DNA from: the human T2T-CHM13v2.0 reference genome, Homo sapiens
Strand: one strand, 5' to 3'
Assembly (NCBI RefSeq): GCF_009914755.1
Contig: NC_060941.1
Length of the DNA stretch: 64,000 nt
Under the pieces are notes generated by a model that was given only the letters and a program-made list of their open reading frames with translations, was not told the origin of the DNA and did no database searches. Both the position numbers and the translations under genes were made by a program. Of this stretch, positions 37,955-48,817 are shown in pieces; within the stretch, counting starts at the first letter, position 1; each line of letters opens with the position of its first letter.

Positions 37955-38630
37955 AGGCTGGTCATTTTTGCCAGAGTTAGTGTTGTATTGAGGGACATGG
38001 AGGGAGGAAAGGGGGTCAGTTAGGGGCAAGTTTACTTGTGCAGGTAACCAGGGTGAGGGCTCGAGGGGAGAGGAGAGATAAGGAGGGCAGAGCTCAGCCA
38101 AGTTGGCCTGATGACATGACCAGAATGTGATCACTAGATCCCCTGCCTGGAGCCCGAGTGTGGCCCCAGGTCTGGATAGTTACAGCCACTTGGGGAAGCT
38201 TCAGTTGGGGAGCCACAGAAACCAAGAATATCGTCTGGGAAGCTGATGTGCAGAGAGGAGAATGGAGCGGATGGAGGTGCGGTGGGGGAGAGAGACAAAG
38301 AGACAGAGAGGAGAGTAAAAGCCTGTTGCTGGCTCCACTATGTTGGGCTTGTCAGCCCAGCTTATTCTTGTCCCATCCATAAAATGGGCTGGTGTCGCCC
38401 ATCATGGTTAGGAGGCACAAGGAAGTGTTGCGCTGTGTGCTCGGCCCAGCTGACTCAGCAGCTCTCCAACCTTGGGGACTCTCCAGACAGGTGTGTGCAG
38501 GTGAGGTGCTGGACCAAGGAAGGGCAGGTGGAGGACATGGCCGAGGGGAGCTCTGTGAGCTGAGCTGCCTGCTTTGAGGGTGCCCTTGAGGCCCAGGACT
38601 GACCCCTGGAGGGAGAGGCTTCCTTCCTCC

Positions 38631-39250
38631 TGTTGGGGCTCAGAAAACAACGCCCCAAAATGAAGTCCTCAGCAGCAGCCTCAGAAGCAAAAGTTGTCTC
38701 TGACCTTCTCCTGCCCTCCTGTCTCTCAGTCTCATTCTCCCCGAAGGCGCTGTAGAAACCAGACTCTCTTTTTCCCCAAGGCCGGTCACAGAAGTCAGAA
38801 CCCCTTCTCCCCAAAGCTGGTCAGAAAACCTAAAAATATTACTCAGTTTTCCGTCTACCTTTCTATATAAGAGCTGACTAGAGAGAAATGATCTGACATC
38901 CCTTGTTTGACTGTAGGTCATGAGACTGTCATTCCAGAGAGGGCCCTGCCCCACATCCAGAGAAGAAAATGCTCAGAGACGAAGACAAATCTAGACAGAC
39001 CTTGCTGGGTTCCCACTCAGTCTATTCACATTAGATCAAGCCCTTTGTGTCCAATCCTTTTTTTAGAGGACTGTTCGTACTTTATTAAACCTAAACATAA
39101 AAATGGACAATTTCCCCCATCGTTGGGTCTTCGTTCTAAAGATTCTTATATGTACACATTAAATAAATTTGCATACCGTTTCTCCTATTAATCCATCTGT
39201 CTCATGTCAGTGACTTCTCAGCAAACCTTTAGGGGCCAAGGGGCCCCACG
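38631..39250 (+). mobile_element. ERV1 solo LTR, MER39B-like
   Basis: TGTTGGGGCTCAGAAAAC...CCCCAAAATGAAG...GCAGCCTCAGAAGCAAAAGTT; TATATAA at ~38864 and AATAAA at ~39162. Confidence 0.8.
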
Positions 39251-39709
39251 CTCTCCAGCGGCAGGCACAATGGGCCTGGGGTGCAGTTGTGGACACTCGG
39301 ACCCTCCTTGGATCTGGTTTAGCTGTGCTGTGTGCTTGTGGGAATGGATTGCCATGATTTCTGGGCTCTAATAAATTGTGCTTCAATCGACTCTTGAGGA
39401 GTTAACGAGAGGCCTCACTTCAGACCATAAACACCCTCCCTGTGTGGGATAGAAACACACGTCGTCACAGCCAGGAGGTCAGTCGGGTGAGGGTCTGCTT
39501 TGCTTACAAGGTCCAGAAACCCAGCAGAAAACCCTCGAGGCCACATCAGTGAAGAGTAACTTATTTCAGCAACATTTCCACATGTGACACAAGACACACA
39601 TTTCCTGCATCCACCTTTAAAGTCAAGAAGTTGAAACTGAATAAAGCCAGCAGGCAGCGAAAATCACCTGCACTCAGTTCAGTTGTGGCAGGAAAGGGAA
39701 AGAGCCATG

Positions 39710-40210
39710 AAGAAAGGAGAGGGGGATGGAGAGGGAGAAAGGAGAGGGGGATGGAGAGGGGGGTGGAGAGGAGAAAGAGGGGGTGGGGAAGAGAAAGGAG
39801 AGGGGGATGGAGGGGGGATGGAGAGGGGGATGGAGAGGGGATGGGGAGGAGAAAGGAGAGGGAGAAAGGAGAGGGGGATGGAGAGGAGAAAGGAGAGGGG
39901 GATGGAGAGGAGAAAGGAGAGGGGGATGGAGAGGGAGAAAGGAGAGGGGGATGGAGAGGAGAAAGGAGAGGGGGATGGAGAGGAGAAAGGAGAGGGGGAT
40001 GGAGAGGAGAAAGGAGAGGGGGATGGAGAGGGAGAAAGGAGAGGGGGATGGAGAGGAGAAAGGAGAGGGGGATGGAGAGGGGGATGGAGAGGAGAAAGGA
40101 GAGGGGGATGGAGAGGGAGAAAGGAGAGGGGGATGGAGAGGAGAAAGGAGAGGGGGATAGAGAGGAGAAAGGAGAGGGGGATGGAGAGGAGAAAGGAGAG
40201 GAGGGTGGAG
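39710..40210 (+). repeat. Polypurine ~24-bp repeat (GGAGAGGAGAAAGGAGAGGGGGAT), ~20 units
   Basis: About 500 bp with essentially only T interruptions on the plus strand. Confidence 0.95.
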
Positions 40211-40213
40211 AGC

Positions 40214-40342
40214 GACAGCTGCAGAGGGAGGCAGGGAGGCTGGCTGGGCGTGGACAGCTGCAGAGGGAGGCAGGGGAGGCCCGCTGGGCGTGGACAGCTG
40301 CAGAGGGAGGCAGGGGAGGCCGGCATGGACACTGCAGAGGGG
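40214..40342 (+). repeat. 39-40-bp tandem repeat, ~3 copies
   Basis: GACAGCTGCAGAGGGAGGCAGGG at 40214, 40253, 40293. Confidence 0.85.
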
Positions 40343-40860
40343 ACACAGCAACTCTGGGAACAGCAGCCAGCGGCGGATCTGCCTGGAATGCTGTTCCCTC
40401 CTGTCCAGGATGGGCCTGTCTCTGCAGACAGGGGCCCTCCCCTTCCTGGCCTGGCTGTGCACTCCCTATGTGCATTTTGGAAGCTCTGCAGAGGCCGTTC
40501 TGCTCCAGAGTGGGGCATAGCCTCGGGCGAGGTTCACAGCTTGGGGGGCTGGTCCTGCCCTGTCCCACATGTGGCTGTGTGGGCAGCATGGATCTTCTTC
40601 CGCGGTGACCCTGTATGCCCACCCCCCCCAACTTATGCCTGCTTCCCAAGGCCATGGGCCTCACCCTCAGACTTCACTTTTGTGTATATGGAAAGACACA
40701 ATTATCGGGACAGAAACAGATCAGTATTTGCCAGTGGGTGAGTGAGGGGAGAGGAGTTTACTACTGAGGGGCCGAACTGGGGCCATTTTTGAGGGATGAA
40801 AGTCTTCTGTGTGGCTCTACAGAGTTGGGTAAGTGATGCTGTGTTTGTCAAACCCCGCAG

Positions 40861-41040
40861 GACTGGACCTCACTGTGGGAACAACAAGATCAACAAGAGG
40901 AGCAAGAACAACATCAAGAGTCGGGGCCCGGGGGTCCTGACGGGTACAGGATGGGTACAGACCCACACAGGAATCCCAGAGTGTGTTCCACAGCAGGACA
41001 CGCCTGCGCTGAAAGAGTGGGCAGAAAGGAGCTGACCTGG
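40861..41040 (+). ncRNA. Candidate internal exon (180 nt) of a spliced lncRNA
   Basis: Acceptor ...AAACCCCGCAG| and consensus donor TGG|GTAAGT; no transcript evidence available. Confidence 0.4.
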
Positions 41041-41268
41041 GTAAGTCCAAAAACAGTGTTTTGATTAGATTCTGGAAAGAATCAAATAACTCTGCATATC
41101 TAAGCACTAAACTCCAATTGGTAAAATTGTTTCCCACAGCAATATATGTTAGCAACTTTGAAACTACTTTTATATATACTAAGGTTTCACAAATAAGTCA
41201 ATACAGTATGGGTAGTAAGAGTCAGGGTTCTCACAGCTGGATAAGGAAGTCATGGAAAAGCCAGCGGG

Positions 41269-42630
41269 GACCCTGAGGTCCATATATAATATATATTATA
41301 CATATATACAGATCAGAATGGACCCTGAGGTGGTCGGTTATAATCAGATATGCCAGCCAGGAACTCATGTTTACATGATACATATATACAGATCAGAATG
41401 GACCCTGAGGTCCATATATAATATATATTATACATATATACAGATCAGAATGGACCCTGAGGTCCATATATAATATATATTATACATATATACAGATCAG
41501 AATGGACCCTGAGGTGGTCAGTTATAGTCAGATATGCCAGTAGGAACTCATGTTTACATGATACATATATACAGATCAGAATGGACCCTGAGGTGGTCAG
41601 TTATAGTCAGATATGCCAGTAGGAACTCATGTTTACATGATACATATATACAGATCAGAATGGACCCTGAGGTGGTCAGTTATAGTCAGATATGCCAGTA
41701 GGAACTCATGTTTACATGATACATATATACAGATCAGAATGGACCCTGAGGTGGTCGGTTATAGTCAGATATGCCAGTAGGAACTCATGTTTACATAATA
41801 CATATATACAGATCAGAATGGACCCTGAGGTGGTCGGTTATAATCAGATATGCCAGCAGGAACTCATGTTTACATGATACATATATACAGATCAGAATGG
41901 ACCCTGAGGTCCATATATAATATATATTATACATATATACAGATCAGAATAGACCCTGAGGTGGTCAGTTATAGTCAGATATGCCAGCAGGAACTCATGT
42001 TTACATGATACATATATACAGATCAGAATGGACCCTGAGGTCCATATATAATATATATTATACATATATACAGATCAGAATGGACCCTGAGGTGGTCAGT
42101 TATAGTCAGATATGCCAGCAGGAACTCGTGTTTACATGATACATATATACAGATCAGAATGGACCCTGAGGTGGTCAGTTATAGTCAGATATGCCAGTAG
42201 GAACTCGTGTTTACATGATACATATATACAGATCAGAATGGACCCTGAGGTGGTCGGTTATAGTCAGATATGCCAGTAGGAACTCATGTTTACATAATAC
42301 ATATATACAGATCAGAATGGACCCTGAGGTGGTCAGTTATAATCAGATATGCCAGCAGGAACTCATGTTTACATAATACATATATACAGATCAGAATGGA
42401 CCCTGAGGTGGTCAGTTATAGTCAGATATGCCAGTAGGAACTCATGTTTACATAATACATATATAGAGATCAGAATGGACTGTGAGGTGGTCAGTTATAG
42501 TCAGATATGCCAGCAGGAACTCATGTTTACATGATACATATATACAGATCAGAATGGACCCTGAGGTGGTCAGTTATAGTCAGATATGCCAGCAGGAACT
42601 CATGTTTACATAATACATATATACAGATAG
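41269..42630 (+). repeat. Composite minisatellite of 79-bp (L) and 52-bp (S) units sharing a ~33-bp core; 19 units
   Basis: GACCCTGAGG spacing gives 52,80,52,52,79x5,52,79,52,79x6 and a final partial L unit. Confidence 0.96.
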
Positions 42631-43117
42631 GTTAAATATATACACACACACGTGCATGTGCATACATGGCTTAGCACACACATCTGTAGATCCTGGGTTT
42701 GTCCTTTGAGAGGGGACACCCCAGTAGCAGCAAGCACATTCCATGCCCAGATGTTAGTTTCTAAATTTCATCTTCAATAAAAGGAGCCAAGTCTCCCTTT
42801 TATTTCAATAAAAGGAGCTGATAATTGGGATGTGGGAGAGAAAATACAAGATCAACCTGGAGCATCTTGTAGTCCCAGGAAGTAAGAAAATGCTCAAAAA
42901 TAAAATTTTTAAAAACATGTGGGCATTTCAAAAGGGCATGGAACCCAAAATGTAAGAGCTCCCAGTGGCCACAGCTAGAATGATTTGAGTGCACACACAC
43001 ACACACAGACACACACAGACACACACACAAATCGGATTATACCCCAAAGAATAAAATGAATGTCCATGGATTTGTAAGCATATAAATAAATTATTGAATA
43101 AATTAAAACTGAAAGGG

Positions 43118-43263
43118 TAGCCGGGCGAGGTGGCGAGCGCCTGTAGTCCCAGCTACTCAGGAGGCTGAGGCAGGAGCATGGCGTGAACCCGGGAGGTGGA
43201 GCTTGCAGTGAGCCAAGATCACGCCAATGCACTCCAGCTGGGGTGACAGAGCAAGACTGTCTC

Positions 43264-43292
<29 letters not shown>
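43118..43292 (+). mobile_element. 5'-truncated Alu (right arm, AluY-like) with (AAAAC)n tail and TSD AAAACTGAAAGGG
   Basis: GGCGTGAACCCGGGAGGTGGAGCTTGCAGTGAG; identical 13-bp flanks. Confidence 0.93.
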
Positions 43293-43294
<2 letters not shown>

Positions 43295-43368
43295 ACTGAA
43301 AGGGACAGGCCTTTCTTGGAACAAATTCCAAACAAGAAATGTGGAGTAAATAGGGAAAATCACCATCA

Positions 43369-43699
<331 letters not shown>

Positions 43700-44246
43700 G
43701 TCACCATCAGTGCTGCAGGCAAGCTCCCCTGAGGAATGCTAAAATTCCTGTGCAAAGTTTAAGGAGAAAGAAGATATTTGTATAGTCTCAAAGTGTCTCC
43801 CCTAAATGTTCAGTAATTACCATGGTGCCCAAATTCTTTGATGCTCCTTCCTGTAGGAGTTGGAGCTCATGCTGGACTTCATGACTCACTCTTAACCAGC
43901 AGGACATGGAGAGGAAGTCACTCTCCCGTGGGGAGACCTGGCAGGCCTCACCTTGGCCGTGTGATCAAGGTCCAGACCACCAGTGATGAGGCATGTTGAC
44001 ATCGTGGCCCCTGAGAGCACGTGATGAGAAGAGCGCTCCACCTCCGCCGTGTTCTTCCGCAAACGCACAGTTCCAATGTAATCAGAGAGAACATCACACA
44101 CACACCAATTGAGGGGCATCTTGCAGAATACCTGAGCAGCACTCTGCAAAGCTGTCAAGGCGGTGAAGCGAAGACAGGCCAGGAAAGGGTCACCGGTGCA
44201 GGGGACTAAGGAGGCGTGAGGGCCAGTGCAGCCTGGGGTCCTGGAC

Positions 44247-45750
44247 GTGAGCTGCTGAGACGGCACCCGCGTGAGTGTCGCAGTTTCCACACCGTGAGCT
44301 GCTGAGACGGCACCCGCGTGAGTGTCGCAGTTTCCACACCGTGAGCTGCTGAGACGGCACCCGCGTGAGTGCCGCAGTTTCCACACCGTGAGCTGCTGAG
44401 ACGGCACCCGCGTGAGTGTCGCAGTTTCCACACCGTGAGCTGCTGAGACGGCACCCGCGTGAGTGTCGCAGTTTCCACACCGTGAGCTGCTGAGACGGCA
44501 CCCGCGTGAGTGTCGCAGTTTCCACACCGTGAGCTGCTGAGACGGCACCCGCGTGAGTGTCGCAGTTTCCACACCGTGAGCTGCTGAGACGGCACCCGCG
44601 TGAGTGTCGCAGTTTCCACACCGTGAGCTGCTGAGACGGCACCCGCGTGAGTGTCGCAGTTTCCACACCGTGAGCTGCTGAGACGGCACCCGCGTGAGTG
44701 TCGCAGTTTCCACACCGTGAGCTGCTGAGACGGCACCCGCGTGAGTGTCGCAGTTTCCACACCGTGAGCTGCTGAGACGGCACCCGCGTGAGTGTCGCAG
44801 TTTCCACACCGTGAGCTGCTGAGACGGCACCCGCGTGAGTGTCGCAGTTTCCACACCGTGAGCTGCTGAGACGGCACCCGCGTGAGTGTCGCAGTTTCCA
44901 CACCGTGAGCTGCTGAGACGGCACCCGCGTGAGTGTCGCAGTTTCCACACCGTGAGCTGCTGAGACGGCACCCGCGTGAGTGTCGCAGTTTCCACACCGT
45001 GAGCTGCTGAGACGGCACCCGCGTGAGTGTCGCAGTTTCCACACCGTGAGCTGCTGAGACGGCACCCGCGTGAGTGTCGCAGTTTCCACACCGTGAGCTG
45101 CTGAGACGGCACCCGCGTGAGTGTCGCAGTTTCCACACCGTGAGCTGCTGAGACGGCACCCGCGTGAGTGTCGCAGTTTCCACACCGTGAGCTGCTGAGA
45201 CGGCACCCGCGTGAGTGTCGCAGTTTCCACACCGTGAGCTGCTGAGACGGCACCCGCGTGAGTGTCGCAGTTTCCACACCGTGAGCTGCTGAGACGGCAC
45301 CCGCGTGAGTGTCGCAGTTTCCACACCGTGAGCTGCTGAGACGGCACCCGCGTGAGTGTCGCAGTTTCCACACCGTGAGCTGCTGAGACGGCACCCGCGT
45401 GAGTGTCGCAGTTTCCACACCGTGAGCTGCTGAGACGGCACCCGCGTGAGTGTCGCAGTTTCCACACCGTGAGCTGCTGAGATGGCACCCGCGTGAGTGT
45501 CGCAGTTTCCACACCGTGAGCTGCTGAGATGGCACCCGCGTGAGTGTCGCAGTTTCCACACCGTGAGCTGCTGAGATGGCACCCGTGTGAGTGTCGCAGT
45601 TTCCACACCGTGAGCTGCTGAGATGGCACCCGTGTGAGTGTCGCAGTTTCCACACCGTGAGCTGCTGAGATGGCACCCGTGTGAGTGTCGCAGTTTCTAC
45701 ACCGTGAGCTGCTGAGATGGCACCCGTGTGAGTGTCGCAGTTTCCACACG
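44247..45750 (+). repeat. 47-bp CpG-rich minisatellite (GTGAGCTGCTGAGACGGCACCCGCGTGAGTGTCGCAGTTTCCACACC), 32 units; forms a CpG island
   Basis: Exact 47-bp period (44247, 44294, 44341...); 5 CpG per consensus unit. Confidence 0.98.
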
Positions 45751-45887
45751 TGCCTCATTGCTGTGTAAGATGCTCAAGTGAGAGGAAGCTGGTGAACGGG
45801 TCTGTGGGAAGTTGCAGTACTGTCTTTGCAACTCTTCTGGACATCTTTTTTTTTTTTTTTAAATAAAATCTTTTTAACATGAAAATA

Positions 45888-46211
<324 letters not shown>

Positions 46212-46334
46212 TCAAGCTACTTATAACAAACAAAATTGAGAATGAAGGTAAATTAAAAATAATTTATAGTCTTTAAAAAGCAGGAACTACAAAATTTACA
46301 TTTCTGAAAATGGCAGAAAAATCCCACATGGCTG

Positions 46335-47400
46335 TATATGTATGTGTGAGATTGTGTATGAATGAGCGCATGCATATATTTTTGTGTGTTTGGATTATAT
46401 GTGTGACGGTGTGCATGAGTGTGTATATGATTTGGGGGTATGTGTGAGTGTGTATGACTGTGTGTATGAGTGTGTATGATTTGTGTGTGTGTGTACATGT
46501 ATACACTAGTGTGCGTATGATTTGGGGGTATGAATGTGAATGTGTACATATGTATTTATGATCTGAGTGTGTATGAGTGTGAATGTGAACATGTGTGTGT
46601 GAGTGGGTATATGATTTGGGTGTGTGCAAGTATGAATATGTATTGTGTGCATTAATGTGTATATTTTGGGCTGTGTATGAGTGAATGTGAACATGTGTGC
46701 ACGAGTGTATATATGATCTGGGTGTGTATGAGTGAGCATGAGTGAACATGTGTGCATGAATGTGAGTATGATTTGGGTGTGTATGAGTGTGAATGTGTGC
46801 ACGAGTGTATATATGATCTGGGTGTGTATGAGTGAGCATGAATGTGAACATGTGTGCATGAATGTGAACATGTGTGCATGAATATATGATTTGGGTGTGT
46901 ATGAGTGTGAATGTGTGCACGAGTGTACAATCGGTGTGTATGAGTGAGCATGAATGTGAACATGTGTGCACGAGTGTATATATGATCTGGGTGTGTAGGA
47001 GTGAGCATGAATGTGTATGCACAAGTGTGTGTATGTGTGTATGATCTGGGTGTGTAGGAGTGTGAATACGAACACGTATGCGCAAGTATGTATATGATCT
47101 GTGTATGTATGAGTGAGTGTGAATGTGTGCATAAGTGTGTGTATGATCTGGGTATGAGTGATTGTGAATGTGAGCATGTGTGCACGAGTGTGTATATGAT
47201 CTGGGTGTGTGGGAGTGCGCATGAATGTGTATGCACAAGTGTGTGTATGTGTGTATGATCTGGGTGTGTAGGAGTGTGAATATGAACACGTGTGCACAAA
47301 TGTGTATATGATCCGAGTATGTAGGAGTGAGTGTGAATGTGAACATGTTTGCACGTGTGTATATGATATGGGTGCATGTGTGGGTGTGTTTGTGCAGGTG
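46335..47400 (+). repeat. TG-rich degenerate repeat with recurrent TATGATYTGGGTGTGTAKGAGTG module
   Basis: Low-complexity tract; the module recurs with irregular ~45-70-bp spacing. Confidence 0.9.
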
Positions 47401-47824
47401 CACTGGGAGCTTTCAGCATTGAGTCTGTGTGGCATCCAGGCTTTTCTGGATGATGTAGAATCAAACCCCATAATTAATTCCAGTAACTTAGAAATTTTCA
47501 CTTATGAATACTAAATTCTCCTCACCTAGCAACTGACTGAGCAGGTTGAACAGCACCCTTCGCCGTTCTCCTGCAGAACCCCGTGGAATGGCCCTGCTTT
47601 CTCAGAGTGCTCCTAGCGGTGATGAGGGAGCCCAGCTCATTGCGGTTCGTGCAGAAGGCTGTGTGCCATCTCCGGGACTGCACGGAGAGGCGGAGGCTCA
47701 GGCGTGGGATCTGAGCTCAGTGGGCCCTTTAAGGACCGCTGCCTCCTTTCCTCCCTTTGGCATTCAGCATCGACTTACGATGGCTCCCAGTCACAGTCCT
47801 TGTCACTGCCTGGCATTACACAGG

Positions 47825-47895
47825 GCCACAGTCCCTTAACTGAAACACTTGGGACCAGTTGCATTTTGGAATTTGGAATGTTTCTTGATTTCAGA
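47825..47895. mobile_element. Tigger4/MER46-like DNA transposon end fragment
   Basis: TCCCTTAACTGAAACACTTGGGACCAG...TTTTGGAATTTGGA resembles the MER46 terminus. Confidence 0.5.
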
Positions 47896-47940
47896 GAGAG
47901 AAGAGGGGATGGACTGTTGGGCAGCCCTGATTAACCCTGC

Positions 47941-48085
47941 AGCGTCTTGGCTCTAGAGGGGCCTACACGGCTGGGAGCGTCTCGGCTCTAGAGAGGGGCC
48001 TGCACTGCCGGGAGCATCTCAGCTCTAGAGAGGGGCCTGCACTGCTGGGAAGCCTACACGGCTGGGAGCGTCTCGGCTCTAGAGC
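47941..48085 (+). repeat. 35-37-bp tandem repeat, ~4 diverged copies
   Basis: AGCRTCTYRGCTCTAGAG at 47941, 47976, 48013, 48067. Confidence 0.85.
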
Positions 48086-48348
48086 CACAGCTGATGCATG
48101 GCAACGATGAGCTCTCCTGCTTAGTGCTGATGTGCCTCAGCCCCTAACCCCACTGGTGTCCAGATGAGGAACTTGAGGCTCAGAGAAGCTAGGTCAAGGT
48201 GAACACCAGTGTTGAGTTTCAGCCCCAGGTCTACCTGATGCTGCCTCCACATTGACTGAGTTGGCCTGGTCCATTGTGAGGTCAGGTAGAGCCAGGGCCG
48301 AGGTGGGGATGCCAAGGTCCCATCCGCAAAGATGGGTGGGACGGCACA

Positions 48349-48817
48349 GGAGCCAGTCATCATCCCCAAAGACACAGCTCCGAATACCTCATCCTGAAAT
48401 CCCAAAGATCAAAATCCCAAAAGTATAAATCTGGAAAAAATAATGTCGATGTTATTTATTTACATTTTTAAAAGGTATGTATTTGAGAAACATAAAAACA
48501 CAACAGAACATTTCATAGGCCACTTTACACAATAAAATAGGCAATGATAACAGGTATTTTTGCATAAACACTGAGGTAACTAACGACGGCGGCATGGGTG
48601 TAGCAGTTATAAGAAGACAGACCATAAAGAAATAAGTCAAAAGAGAAACGTGTACACGTATATCGCTACGGTTACTAATTGTGTGCACCTAGCCCTGTAG
48701 CTGTGGTCATCTGAAATATCAGGGATTTTAGACTTGAGGGATTTTGATCTTTAGGGATTTCAACATTCCACATTATGGTGCTTGGGATTGTGTCTTTCAG
48801 GATTATGATCCAAACTC
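48349..48817. mobile_element. Ricksha-like (MULE/MuDR) non-autonomous DNA transposon with long imperfect TIRs
   Basis: Left end AAAGACACA...GAAATCCCAAAGATCAAAATCCCAAAAGT; right end read as reverse complement GAGTTTGGATCATAATCCTGAAAGACACAATCCC...GAAATCCCTAAAGATCAAAATCCC. Confidence 0.8.

Noticed and set aside
39561-40741. Glu/Gly/Arg-rich and Ser/Pro-rich ORFs
   Set aside because: A polypurine repeat lacks stop codons by composition.
41269-42630. CRISPR-like appearance (constant ~33-bp core plus intervening sequence)
   Set aside because: Only two linker types that themselves repeat, no unique spacers, no cas genes, and an Alu/L1-rich primate context.
43892-45758. 466-594-aa minus-strand ORFs with Cys/His pattern
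   Set aside because: 47-bp repeat read in three frames; the C/H spacing is not a zinc-finger consensus.
46253-47501. His/Thr-rich ORFs (also at 14.1, 15.1, 28.8 and 32 kb)
   Set aside because: Translations of CA/TG simple repeats.
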